Shown here piece by piece: positions 48,915-58,749 of a stretch of DNA of 64,000 nt (the stretch's first letter is position 1; every line of letters starts with the position of its first letter). A program made the translations under genes and the position numbers. This stretch comes from Candidatus Binatia bacterium. Its GTDB lineage: Bacteria; Desulfobacterota; Binatia; Bin18. Below the pieces are notes generated by a model. The model had not been told where the DNA came from. It was given only the letters and a program-made list of their open reading frames with translations, and made no database searches. The DNA is taken from contig CAXXHG010000043.1 of NCBI GenBank assembly GCA_963666315.2, forward strand, positions 695,375 through 759,374, in the 5' to 3' direction.

Positions 48915-49391
48915 ATGTCTGGAGCACAGAGCATGGGAAAAGCTTCTCCATTGCCTCAGCCGCAAGGATTATACGAACAGGACTTCTATGCCTGGGTGCT
49001 GCACCAGGTAGCTGCACTTCGGTCCGGCCAGACGCAGCAACCGGATGTGGAGAACCTTGCTGAGGAGATTGAGGATATGGGGCGAAGCCAGCGGTGGGCT
49101 GTTAAAAGCGCTCTCACCCTCATCCTGATTCATCTCCTTAAGTATCGTTACCAAGCAGAGCGGCCAACCAATAGCTGGCGCGCGACTATCCGAGAGCACC
49201 GGCGGCGCGTGCGCGACGAGTTGGCTGATAGTCCAAGTCTCCGACCGTATATCGAACAGATTCTAGATGGTTGTTATCAGGATGCTCGTGAAGCAGCTGC
49301 CGACGAAAGCCACTTGCCAGTAGCGACGTTTCCGACCGCCTGCCCGTTTGCTCTGGAGCAAGCGCTCGACCGTGATTTTGTGCCGGAATAG
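48915..49391 (+). CDS. DUF29 family protein
   Basis: LYEQDFYAW, ENLAEEIEDMGRS, HLLK, SPSL, FPTACPF. Confidence 0.9.
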   Translation: MSGAQSMGKASPLPQPQGLYEQDFYAWVLHQVAALRSGQTQQPDVENLAEEIEDMGRSQRWAVKSALTLILIHLLKYRYQAERPTNSWRATIREHRRRVRDELADSPSLRPYIEQILDGCYQDAREAAADESHLPVATFPTACPFALEQALDRDFVPE

Positions 49392-49392
49392 G

Positions 49393-49440
49393 GCCGGGGA
49401 AACTACCCCGGCGCTACGCGCCACCCCTCCAGGGAGGGGA
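49393..49440. repeat. REP-like hairpin cluster
   Basis: GCCGGGG-N6-CCCCGGC, GGCGC-TAC-GCGCC and CCCCTCC..GGAGGGG stems. Confidence 0.5.
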
Positions 49441-49472
49441 CTAAAACGGATTTTCCAAAAAGGAGTATTCGA

Positions 49473-50591
49473 ATGAATGTGATTGATGGCGATAGCCACT
49501 TTATGGAACCGCTTGATCTATACCCTCGCTACATCGATCCGGCATTTCGGGACCGGGCCATGCGCATCGAGAACGATCCAGCAAGTGGCGAGCCCAAGAT
49601 CCTGATTGATGACAAACCCTTAAAGATGGTCAATACGGCAGACCTCTTGGCAGCCGTAGTTGCGTATGGACAGAAAGAGGCCGGCCAGAATGTCAGTAAT
49701 TTCGATCAGTATCTGGCTCTGAGCCCTGACTGGCAAGACATGGATAAGCGGGTTCAGTTCTTGAACGCCGAAGGCATTCATGCCCAGGTGATCTACCCCA
49801 CGCTGGGTTTGCTGTGGGAGGGCAGTGTTGATGACCCGGTATTTGCCGATGCCCTGAGTCGGGCGTATAACACCTGGGCGTTTGAACTGTGTGCAGGCCA
49901 TAGCGATCGACTTTTTCCAGCCGCCCATATCTCACTGCGGGACGCACCACTTGCCGTGCGTGAACTCAAGCGGGTGGCGAAGCTTGGCTGTCGCACGATT
50001 TTTGTTGCAGCCGCGCCGATCAATGGGCGCAGTTTCGGGCATCCGGACTTCGATCCCATCTGGGCTGAGGTACAAGATCTAGACCTGAGTGTTGGCATAC
50101 ACCTGACTGGACACCGGCATTCCACAGGCAGGGAATGGTACCGCGATCGAGATCCGGGCATGATGTTCGTCACCATGAATCTCATCCAAGACCCGCGTAT
50201 GGCGCTGACCACCATGGTGTACGACGGCGTGCTGGAGCGCTTTCCCCGCCTGCGGGTGGCCACCATAGAAGCCATGGTAGGTTGGATTGGAGAATGGCTG
50301 GAGCGGCTCGACTATCGCTATAAATACATGGGCCACACCTCGCAGATGAAACGCTCGGCCTCGGAATATTTCGAACGCAATATTTGGATTAACGGTGATC
50401 CCGAGGAGAAGATGTTCCCGTTGATCGTACAGTTTGCTGGGGATGAAAAATTCTTTATCGGCTCTGACTATCCACACGCCGAAGGATTTATAGAGCCCGT
50501 GCGCAAAGCCCGCGAGACCTTGTCATCGTTGCCGGCTGCATCGGTGGACAAAATTCTGGGAGGAAATGCGAGTCGTTTCTTCGGGATTTGA
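49473..50591 (+). CDS. Amidohydrolase_2 family protein
   Basis: IDGDSHFMEP, YNTW, GSDYPH. Confidence 0.92.
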   Translation: MNVIDGDSHFMEPLDLYPRYIDPAFRDRAMRIENDPASGEPKILIDDKPLKMVNTADLLAAVVAYGQKEAGQNVSNFDQYLALSPDWQDMDKRVQFLNAEGIHAQVIYPTLGLLWEGSVDDPVFADALSRAYNTWAFELCAGHSDRLFPAAHISLRDAPLAVRELKRVAKLGCRTIFVAAAPINGRSFGHPDFDPIWAEVQDLDLSVGIHLTGHRHSTGREWYRDRDPGMMFVTMNLIQDPRMALTTMVYDGVLERFPRLRVATIEAMVGWIGEWLERLDYRYKYMGHTSQMKRSASEYFERNIWINGDPEEKMFPLIVQFAGDEKFFIGSDYPHAEGFIEPVRKARETLSSLPAASVDKILGGNASRFFGI

Positions 50592-50646
50592 GAGGCTATC
50601 CCACTCAGCCAGTCCATCGTAACGTTCGTCCAAGGAGGCAATCTGC

Positions 50647-51846
50647 ATGCCCGGACCACTTGAAGGCATTAGGGTGCTTGATCTGACCCGGCTCGCGCCC
50701 GGACCGTTTTGCACCATGATTTTAGGGGACTTCGGGGCTGATATCATCCGTGTTCAAGAACCGGGTCCACCAACCGGACGACGGGCCGAGCAAGCCGGAG
50801 CGGCTGGAATAAAAATGGCCGGCGCTGGTGGTACTATCGCTCATAATGCGCTTCACCGCAATAAAAAAAGCGTTGGTATTAACCTGAAAGATCCCGAAGC
50901 CCGTGATATTTTTTATCAATTGGTCCGCGAGGCTGACATACTGGTCGAAGAAATGCGGCCTGGTGTGGCCCAGCGTTTAGGCATTGATTACGACACGCTG
51001 AAAGAGATGAATCCACGTCTCATCTACTGTGCAGTAACGGGTTACGGACAAACCGGCCCGTATGCCAAGCTGGCTGGACATGATCTGAACTATATTGCCC
51101 AAGCCGGGGCACTGGGGCTCATTGGTGATAAAGATGGCAATCCGGTTATCCCGCAAAACCTGATTGCCGATTATGCGGGTGGAGGCATGCATGGGGCCAT
51201 AGGTGTACTCACCGCCCTTTTTGCCCGAGAAAAAACAGGCCGGGGACAGTTTGTCGACATTGCTATGATGGATGGCAGTATGTATCTGATCACGCAGTTC
51301 CTATCGGCCTATTATGGCAACGACGAGATTCCTCAGCGGGGCCAATCTTTCGCTGGGGGAGGACTTCCCTATTACAATGTGTACGAAACCAAGGACGGTA
51401 AACACATCACCCTGGGATCGATAGAGCCATGGTTTTTTGCCAATCTATGCCGCGCGGTTGATCGGGAAGATCTGATTCCTGACCAGCAGGATAAAGAAAA
51501 GCGGCCTGAGATCGCAGCATTCCTAATCGAGACGATGAAAACCAGAACGCGCGATGAATGGTTTGTCTATCTGAATGAAACCGACCAATGTGTGGGCAAG
51601 ATGCTCAGCCTTGATGAGCTTGAGCATGACCCCCAGGTGCAAGCCCGGCAAATGATCATTGAGATCGACGATCCAAAACATGGCACAGTGAAACAAGTCG
51701 GTATCGGCCCAAAACTGTCCGATACCCCCGGCTCGGTTCGGAACCTTGCCCCAGATCTAGGACAGCATACGGACGAAATCCTAGGAGACTTGGGCATTGC
51801 CCCAGCAGATATCAGTCGCCTGCGCGAAAAGGGGGCAATCCGATAA
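50647..51846 (+). CDS. CaiB/BaiF family CoA-transferase
   Basis: VLDLTRLAPGPF, RNKKS, GHDLNY, APDLGQH. Confidence 0.92.
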   Translation: MPGPLEGIRVLDLTRLAPGPFCTMILGDFGADIIRVQEPGPPTGRRAEQAGAAGIKMAGAGGTIAHNALHRNKKSVGINLKDPEARDIFYQLVREADILVEEMRPGVAQRLGIDYDTLKEMNPRLIYCAVTGYGQTGPYAKLAGHDLNYIAQAGALGLIGDKDGNPVIPQNLIADYAGGGMHGAIGVLTALFAREKTGRGQFVDIAMMDGSMYLITQFLSAYYGNDEIPQRGQSFAGGGLPYYNVYETKDGKHITLGSIEPWFFANLCRAVDREDLIPDQQDKEKRPEIAAFLIETMKTRTRDEWFVYLNETDQCVGKMLSLDELEHDPQVQARQMIIEIDDPKHGTVKQVGIGPKLSDTPGSVRNLAPDLGQHTDEILGDLGIAPADISRLREKGAIR

Positions 51847-51883
51847 AGCAGTGAGTTAGTCCGGCAGTTGCTGAGACGCCACG

Positions 51884-52518
51884 GATTTAACCCAATCGCT
51901 CACTGAAACTTATACAGCTGCCCAGGAAGCACTAGCACGGAAAGACACAGTATCCGACATTGAGCATGCGCTCACTCATGCGCTTCAACACAGTTACCCA
52001 TCTGAGACAGCGGTAGAGAATCCGAATATCTGGAACGATACCTACGCGAACGCCATGCGTGGCGTGTATGGAGCGTTCCCAGAGGATCTTGATGTGTGCA
52101 ACTTGTTTGCCGAAGCACTTATGAACCGGACCGCCTGGGCTTGTGGGATCTCAAAGGAGAAGCAGCCGAAGGTGCGAGTACGCTAGAAGCTATTACTGTC
52201 CTAGAAAAGGCATTCCAGCGTATAGAGCAAACGGACGCGGAGCCTCATCCTAGCCTGCTGCATATGTACATCCACTTGATGGAGATGTCGCCGCATCCCG
52301 AGCAGCCACTACGTGCCTGCGATGCCCTCCGAGACCTGGTACCCGACTCTGGCCACTTGCAACATATGCCGACCCATATCGACGTACTGTGCGGACATTA
52401 TGACAACGTAGTGACGTCAAATTCTCGGGCCATTGTTGCCGACCAGAAGTTTCTCGAACGTGAGGGGGCGCTGAATTTCTATTCGCTGTATCGCTGTCAC
52501 GGTTATCACTTCGGTTAG
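51884..52518 (+). pseudogene. Internal fragment of a TPR-domain protein gene
   Basis: YANAMR..Y..FPEDLDV..LFAEALMNRTAW, frameshift near 52140, then HMYIHLMEMS, GHLQHMPTHID. Confidence 0.75.
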
Positions 52519-52767
52519 ATATTGCCACAGCACGTGCCGACGTTCCGATTAAAGCCTCCTGTTACTGTCGCCTGACAGACGGACGTTCGGGGAGGGAACT
52601 GTCCCTACTGTGCAATACCATTTCCCATAGGGAGACTATCTCTGCGGAAAGCCTACTGTCTGCAGATCCATATTGACGCGTTCTGAGAAGACCAAGCTAT
52701 CAATTTTAAGAAAATCCTGGCATGTTTTGCCTATAGAATATTCCAATTTTTCTAGGAAGGTAGAGCA

Positions 52768-53022
52768 ATGCCGCTTAGCATTAAGAATCCGGAAGTCGAT
52801 CGGCTGGCCAGGTAACTCGCTGAAAAAACGGGGGAAAGTCTTACGGATACTGTTCTCAACGCACTAAAATATCGCCTCCTACGCGAGCAAGGAAAGACAC
52901 AGACTCCTCGTCTGAGAGATGAGCTCCGCGCTATTCACAAACGCTGCGCGCAGTTACCAGTATTGGATGTACGAAGTCCAGATGAAATTCTGGGCTACGA
53001 TAAGAACAGAGTTCCTCGCTAA
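52768..53022 (+). pseudogene. VapB (Rv0623-like) antitoxin with internal TAA
   Basis: MPLSIKNPEVDRLAR*LAEKTGESLT...RSPDEILGYD; TAA at 52813-15. Confidence 0.8.
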
Positions 53023-53097
53023 TGGGCATCGACACATCCGCCTTCATTACCATTCTCTTTGATGAGCCCGATGCAGACTATTTTGAAACAGCTCTGG
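53022..53097 (+). pseudogene. 5' remnant of a VapC PIN toxin
   Basis: MGIDTSAFITILFDEPDA, TAATG-coupled to vapB. Confidence 0.75.
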
Positions 53098-53157
53098 AGT
53101 GGTGCGATCTTGAAAGCGATACGCGAGTACAACGCCGAGCATCCGCGCGAGAAATAA
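53098..53157 (+). pseudogene. 3' remnant of an LLM oxidoreductase gene
   Basis: SGAILKAIREYNAEHPREK* nearly identical to the C-terminus of 60995..62161 (GGAILQAIREYNTEHPREK). Confidence 0.8.
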
Positions 53158-53161
53158 GGGT

Positions 53162-53935
53162 ATGAACACTTTTGTTGAAAAAGTTACTGTTGTAACCGGC
53201 GCAAGCCGTGGCCTTGGAAAATCAATCGCGCTCGAACTGGCCGAGGCGGGCGCGCGGCTGGTGTGTGTTGCTACGCGGGCGGAGAACGCGGCGGATACCG
53301 TCGCTGAGATTGAGGCCGAAGGCGGCGAAGCGATTGCTCTTGGCTGCCATGTCGAGGTTGCGGATGAGGTCACACGTCTATTCGGCCAAGTTGAGGAACA
53401 GCTCGGCCCGGTTGATATCCTAGTGAACAATGCTGGCATTACGCGCCCTCAGTTGACCCTTGAGATGACCGAGCAGAACTGGGACCAGCATATGGACATT
53501 AACGCCAAGTCCATCTTTCTGTGTTCCCAAGCGGCAGCGCGCCAAATGAAAGCGCCCGGCGCCGGCTGCATTATTAACATTGGTTCGATCTTGGGACGTA
53601 ACGCGTTCCCTGCCACCTTGGGCTACTGCAGCTCGAAGGCTGCTGTCGATCAGATGACGCGGGTTATGGCGATTGAATGGGCCAGATACGGCATTCGCGT
53701 GAACTGCATCGCGTCCGGTTATATCGAGTCTGAAATGGTCAACGGCCTTGAAGAAGATGGCAAGCTCACGGTCAAAGATTTGGTCAGGCGTACGCCCCAA
53801 CGCCGCCTAGGATCGGGTGCGGATATCGCCAAAGCCGTGCGCTTTCTGGCCAGCGAGGATGCCGGCTTTATAACGGGGGAAGTGCTAGTCGTCGATGGTG
53901 GCTGGACTGCATTCGGATACTATCAGGCCAGATAG
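53162..53935 (+). CDS. SDR family oxidoreductase
   Basis: TGASRGLG, NNAG, YCSSK, VDGG. Confidence 0.92.
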   Translation: MNTFVEKVTVVTGASRGLGKSIALELAEAGARLVCVATRAENAADTVAEIEAEGGEAIALGCHVEVADEVTRLFGQVEEQLGPVDILVNNAGITRPQLTLEMTEQNWDQHMDINAKSIFLCSQAAARQMKAPGAGCIINIGSILGRNAFPATLGYCSSKAAVDQMTRVMAIEWARYGIRVNCIASGYIESEMVNGLEEDGKLTVKDLVRRTPQRRLGSGADIAKAVRFLASEDAGFITGEVLVVDGGWTAFGYYQAR

Positions 53936-54007
53936 TCATATCGGGCAGCAAGCAAAGGCAGTGAGGCTCAGATCTTTGTTTTGCTCGTTCAGGAGACAGC
54001 CAAATCA

Positions 54008-54037
54008 GACGGGTGGGTCTAGGCTGACCCACCCGTC
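54008..54037. terminator. Hairpin between convergent genes
   Basis: Perfect 12-bp stem GACGGGTGGGTC / GACCCACCCGTC. Confidence 0.65.
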
Positions 54038-54044
54038 CCGCTAT

Positions 54045-54911
54045 TTAGACGTCGAAACGGTATCCATCCCCATCGCGCACCAGCTTGCCGGCGGTGGGAC
54101 CCGCAAAGTGAGTACCGATAATCAGTGTTGGCGTATCGGCATATTCATTGAACACCCGCCGACGGGTGACCACCGCGGCGTCGTTGTCTATGTCAAAGGG
54201 ACTGACTAAGGCCGGGTCGTTGAATTGAATCGGATGATGCAGGAAATCGCCCGTGATCATGGCTGATTCACCCTTGGATTCAATAATGACGGAACAATGG
54301 CCCGGAGTATGGCCCGGTGTTGGAATGAGGCGTACGCCTTCACACACTTCAGCAGGTCCTTCGATCGGCTTCGCAAGGCCGGCATCCAGAACAGGCTGCA
54401 CGGAGTCTGCAAAGACGGTCCGCTGAACCTTAAAGAAATCATCTTCTGTATTCTCATCAATATTGCCGAAGAGATCAAGCTCTTTTTGGCCCATGAGATA
54501 GGACGCATTCGGAAACGTCGGCACCCATTTCCCATCGACGAGACGCGTGTTCCAACCCACATGGTCAAGATGCAGGTGGGTGCACAGGACGTAATCGATA
54601 CCGTCAGGGTCATAGCCGGCAGCGATCATGTCGTCCATATAGGACGTCGAGAGATTGCTCATGACCTCGAACGAGCCCCGTTCGCGATCGTTGCCGATGC
54701 AGGTATCCACAACCAGCGTAGCTCCGGGGGTCTCTACAATCAGCGAATGAATACTCACGGTGAGCGCGCCCTCCGGGGTCACAAAATGCGGGAACAGCCA
54801 CTCGACTTTCTTCACCACGTCCGGCGTTGCGGCGGGTATCACGTCTGAGAACTCCGGAAACACTATTTCCGTAATTTTCGTAATTGTCGTATCGCCTACT
54901 TTCCATTTCAT
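54045..54911 (-). CDS. MBL-fold metallo-hydrolase
   Basis: THLHLDHVGWN, PGHTPGH, TGD, THF. Confidence 0.92.
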   Translation of the reverse strand: MKWKVGDTTITKITEIVFPEFSDVIPAATPDVVKKVEWLFPHFVTPEGALTVSIHSLIVETPGATLVVDTCIGNDRERGSFEVMSNLSTSYMDDMIAAGYDPDGIDYVLCTHLHLDHVGWNTRLVDGKWVPTFPNASYLMGQKELDLFGNIDENTEDDFFKVQRTVFADSVQPVLDAGLAKPIEGPAEVCEGVRLIPTPGHTPGHCSVIIESKGESAMITGDFLHHPIQFNDPALVSPFDIDNDAAVVTRRRVFNEYADTPTLIIGTHFAGPTAGKLVRDGDGYRFDV

Positions 54912-54978
54912 AGCTTGAGCCCTCCTCTATTGAGTTGTTCGGTTCGTGCTTGTTTCCCGATGTTTAGATAATTGGCGG

Positions 54979-55503
54979 CTACAGCGGTGGTGACCGGACC
55001 GGATTCTTGCCATCCCACCCTTTCGCCGCATTCTCGACCTGCATAAACATTTTTTTGAAGACGTCGACGTTGTCCCACAATTCGGTAAAATGCCCTATGG
55101 TCTGGACCGTATCGAAGTAGACTAATTCGGCGCCTCCGACCGTGCACTCAAACGCGGCTTCATAACCCAACTCCTTATACTGGGCACACGTCGCTTTATA
55201 GTCTTCCGGCATGAGACCAAAATGATGCGTACCGACGCGACCGGCATCCAGGAATTCTTTATACACAGACGGTTCATCGTTATGTTGAAAAATGAGCTCA
55301 ATCTGTAGATCGCCACTATTGCCAAGCGCGATGGCGACGTCCACATTCGACGGATTGCCCCTGTACACTTGGTTTTCCAGCGGACAATGTTCAAATAAAA
55401 AAAACGGGCCGACCTTAAGAACGTCCACCCAGTATTTGAGTGCGGCGTCCATATCTTTGATCACGTAGGCCAGCTGGCGAACAGTATGCAGCGGTTGCGT
55501 CAT
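54979..55503 (-). CDS. VOC family protein (paralog of 35973)
   Basis: MTQPLHTVRQLAYV...WDGKNPVR; RBS GAGGAGG supports the start at 55503. Confidence 0.88.
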   Translation of the reverse strand: MTQPLHTVRQLAYVIKDMDAALKYWVDVLKVGPFFLFEHCPLENQVYRGNPSNVDVAIALGNSGDLQIELIFQHNDEPSVYKEFLDAGRVGTHHFGLMPEDYKATCAQYKELGYEAAFECTVGGAELVYFDTVQTIGHFTELWDNVDVFKKMFMQVENAAKGWDGKNPVRSPPL

Positions 55504-55809
55504 ATGCATCCCTCCTCGTGTGAAAGTTTGATCAAAGCAACCCCCCAAGACGAGCTCATTAATCATTTTATTGCGCGCACGGGCATCAAGGTCACCGAGC
55601 ATACCATGTGAATTCTTCTTCTCGCAATCACCCGCAATTAAGCGGCCCCTCAGCACCACGGCCTGACGGCCCTCAAGGGAGAACGAGCACCTGGGGGCGT
55701 TACCGAAAGGCTGAGGAAAAGAATAATCTTGCCTTCTCCCTCTTCTCCGCTTGACTCACCTTCGGAATTCCCATGAAGTGCGAAGAGCTTCAAACATAAG
55801 GAGGGTGGT

Positions 55810-56655
55810 GTGAAATTCGGCATTGTGATGTTTGCGACCGACTATGCGGTCCGGCCGGACGAGATCGCCAAGGCGTGCGAAGACCGAGGCTTTGAGTCTG
55901 TCTGGTTTCCGGAACATACGCATATTCCGGCCAGTCGGCGTAGTCCGTGGCCCGGTGGGGCTGAGTTGCCCAAAGAGTATTGGCATACCCACGATCTGTT
56001 CGCCTCGCTTATGGCGGCAGCGGCGGCCACCAAAATGATCAAGGTCGGGAGCGGCATTTGCCTGGTGCAAGAGCACGATCCCATCAAGCTAGCTAAGGAA
56101 GTTGCCACGGTGGATCAACTCTCGAACGGACGCCTGCTGTTTGGGATAGGCGGCGGCTGGAACGCCGAGGAGATGGAAAACCATGGCACGCCTTTTGACC
56201 GACGCTGGAAGATCTTGCGGGAGAAGATCGAGGCCATGAAGGTGATCTGGACTGAGGAGGAAGCAGAATATCACGGTGAGTTTGTAAACTTTGATCCGAT
56301 CTGGTCTTATCCCAAGCCGTTCCAGAAACCCCATCCCCCAATTCTATTAGGCGCCCACACTCCAGGTGGTCTGAATCGGGTCGCCAACTACTGTGACGGC
56401 TGGATCCCCATTGGGCCACGGATACCGGACCTCAAGACGTCTATCAGCGATATGCGCGGGCGGGCGAAGAAGTTCGGGCGCCTCGCATCGGACCTCTCAG
56501 TCTCAGCTTTTATGGCCCCAGCCGAAGAAACGGTCCTCAACCAGTATCAAGAACTGGGGATAGAGCGGGCGATCTTTGCAGTCCCATCTGAGAGCAAAGA
56601 GCAGGTCCTGCCTATTCTAGATAACTACGCCACGCTTATTCCAAAGGTGAGTTAA
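55810..56655 (+). CDS. LLM-class (probable F420-dependent) oxidoreductase
   Basis: GFESVWFPEHTHIP, GIGGGWNAEEM, PKPFQKPHPP. Confidence 0.9.
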   Translation: MKFGIVMFATDYAVRPDEIAKACEDRGFESVWFPEHTHIPASRRSPWPGGAELPKEYWHTHDLFASLMAAAAATKMIKVGSGICLVQEHDPIKLAKEVATVDQLSNGRLLFGIGGGWNAEEMENHGTPFDRRWKILREKIEAMKVIWTEEEAEYHGEFVNFDPIWSYPKPFQKPHPPILLGAHTPGGLNRVANYCDGWIPIGPRIPDLKTSISDMRGRAKKFGRLASDLSVSAFMAPAEETVLNQYQELGIERAIFAVPSESKEQVLPILDNYATLIPKVS

Positions 56656-56674
56656 CTGTCAGGAGGAACACAGC

Positions 56675-57397
56675 ATGATCGATTTGCACTACTGGCCCAC
56701 CCCCAACGGCAAGAAGGTGACCATTCTGTTAGAGGAATGTGGTCTGCCGTACAATATGATCCCGTGTCACATCGGCCAGGGGGATCAGTTCAAAGACGAA
56801 TTTCTCAAGATCTGTCCGAATAATCGTATGCCCGCGCTGGTGGACCGCGAGCCACTCGGCGGGGGTGAGCCGATCAGCATCTTCGAGTCCGGAGCGATGA
56901 TGATGTATATCGCTGAGAAAGCCGGACAGTTTTATCCTCGGGATCTCCGCATGCGTTACGATGTGAATCAATGGGTGATGTGGCAGATGGCCAACCAGGG
57001 GCCCAAGAGTGGCGAGTGCGGTCATTTTCGTCGCTTGGGTGACGACCAAGGCGATCAAACCTATGCGGTCCGACGATTCACGGATGAGGTCAATCGCCTG
57101 TTTGGCGTCCTCAATAACCGCTTGTATAAGAGCGCCTATCTAGCCGGGGACGAATACACCATCGCGGATATGATTAGTTATCCCTGGACGGTCAATTGGG
57201 AATCTCAAGGCCAGGACATCAATGAGTTTAAATACTTCAAGCGCTGGTTTGACGAGCTCGCAGAGCGAGACGGCGTAAAAAAAGGTATGGCCGTTGGCAG
57301 CGACCTGTCCATGGACCCCTCCAAATTCTCGCAGGCAGAAAAGGATAGCCTGCGCAAGATGCTCTACAACCAGCGGGCACGGCCGGTTCCGGAATAG
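56675..57397 (+). CDS. Glutathione S-transferase (YfcG/YghU-like)
   Basis: WPTPNG, PNNRMP, FESGA, YTIAD. Confidence 0.9.
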   Translation: MIDLHYWPTPNGKKVTILLEECGLPYNMIPCHIGQGDQFKDEFLKICPNNRMPALVDREPLGGGEPISIFESGAMMMYIAEKAGQFYPRDLRMRYDVNQWVMWQMANQGPKSGECGHFRRLGDDQGDQTYAVRRFTDEVNRLFGVLNNRLYKSAYLAGDEYTIADMISYPWTVNWESQGQDINEFKYFKRWFDELAERDGVKKGMAVGSDLSMDPSKFSQAEKDSLRKMLYNQRARPVPE

Positions 57398-57409
57398 CTC
57401 CCTTCCCGT

Positions 57410-57524
57410 CTCCCCCTGGATTCCCGTTTTCACGGGAATGACCATCCTTTCTGTGTCATACCTGCGCAAGCAGGTATCCAAGCCTACAGGGCGAGACGGG
57501 GCTTTGTCAGGGGCTTAGTGGCTC
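57410..57524. mobile_element. MITE family A copy (left TIR decayed)
   Basis: Same CCCCTGGATTCCCG..CACGGGAATGAC / GTCATACCTGCG..AGCAGGTATCC core; right end TTAGTGGCTC abuts TTA, the stop codon of the next gene. Confidence 0.7.
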
Positions 57525-58682
57525 TTAGAGTCCGTAGACGCGAGCGACATTTTCTCCCAGGACCTTCTGGCGGGTGGATGCCGACATCGGCGCCACCAGC
57601 TCACCCAGTTCTTGCATATAATTATCCGGATGGTCAGGATGAGGGAAATCTGAGGCCCAAAAGAACTTGTCTGCGCCTACGAAATCCACCACATGGCCGA
57701 AGGCTTTCTCGTCTGGGTCCCCGGAGATCCAGCACTGACGCTGAAAGTAGTAGCTCGGCTTTTCTTTGAGCCGCACAGTGTCACCGAGCGGACTGTCATA
57801 TACCGCATCCATCCGATTCAGCAGATAGCCGGCCCAGCCCGCACCCGACTCTAAGACAACTACCTTGATCTTTGGAAAACGCTCAAACAGGCCATATTGA
57901 AACATGGCCGTGAACGCTTGCAGCGGACCTTGACCACCGTGCACGTTAAAATGCCACATCGCCCACCTCTGCATGTCTTTGAAACGTTGGTGGACGCGTT
58001 TGGACGGCGGCTCACTAGCCGGATGAATACCTACCGGCACATCAAGTTCTTGGGCCATAGTCCAGAAGGGGTCGTAATCCGGATGGGCGTGGGATTTACT
58101 CGTCGGCGTGAACGGAGCAAAGAACGCACCTTTGGCCCCGGCTTTGACAGAGCGCTCCAGTTCCCGTGCTGCTTCTTGAGGATCGCCCATAGAAATGTGA
58201 GCAACAGGGACTAGCCGGCCGTTCGTATCAGCGCAGAAGTCGATAATCCAGCGGTTATACGCTTGTACCAGGGCCGCCTGGTAGGCTAGCTCGCCGACCT
58301 CTTCAGTTTCCCAAATGAGTCCGATGCTCGGGTAGAGAATGGCTTTCTCCAAGCCTTCTTGATCCAGCCGTTGTACGCGTTCCTGGGCGTCCATAGAGCC
58401 AAACGGCGCTTCGCCCACATAGGTGAGGCTGGGGTCGGGTGTGCTTCTGTTGGGCGTGCTTTTGCCCATAGCCCCGAACGCCGACAAGGTACCAGCCGGC
58501 ATATACTTGAAGGGCCGACCGTCGATTTCCAGGTATTCTAAGCCCTTCTCATTGACGCGTACCCGAATCGCCCGGTCGCGATATTGAGGGTCAATATACT
58601 TCTCCCAAATATCGGGCGGTTCAAGAATGTGACCGTCTGCGTCTATCGCACCGGTGTACGGGAATTTACTGTGGGTTGACAT
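57525..58682 (-). CDS. Amidohydrolase_2 family protein
   Basis: IDADGHILEP, YNRW, ESGAGW, WASDFPH. Confidence 0.92.
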   Translation of the reverse strand: MSTHSKFPYTGAIDADGHILEPPDIWEKYIDPQYRDRAIRVRVNEKGLEYLEIDGRPFKYMPAGTLSAFGAMGKSTPNRSTPDPSLTYVGEAPFGSMDAQERVQRLDQEGLEKAILYPSIGLIWETEEVGELAYQAALVQAYNRWIIDFCADTNGRLVPVAHISMGDPQEAARELERSVKAGAKGAFFAPFTPTSKSHAHPDYDPFWTMAQELDVPVGIHPASEPPSKRVHQRFKDMQRWAMWHFNVHGGQGPLQAFTAMFQYGLFERFPKIKVVVLESGAGWAGYLLNRMDAVYDSPLGDTVRLKEKPSYYFQRQCWISGDPDEKAFGHVVDFVGADKFFWASDFPHPDHPDNYMQELGELVAPMSASTRQKVLGENVARVYGL

Positions 58683-58749
58683 CTCGCCCCCTGTTAAAAA
58701 ATAGACTGCTTAATTCAAACAATACGTTCTCGCTCTTTGTTCGGGAGTA

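Noticed and set aside
55504-55659. N-terminal extension of the VOC ORF in the track
   Set aside because: The paralog alignment and RBS place the start at 55503.
55626-55716. Hammerhead-like CTGA...GAAA core closed by CCTCAGC/GCTGAGG
   Set aside because: The core reads CTGACGG rather than CUGANGA, and stems I-III cannot be assembled.
3633-57524. CRISPR array or integron attC sites
   Set aside because: The repeats are dispersed singletons without spacer periodicity or attC R/L boxes, and there is no cas gene or integrase.
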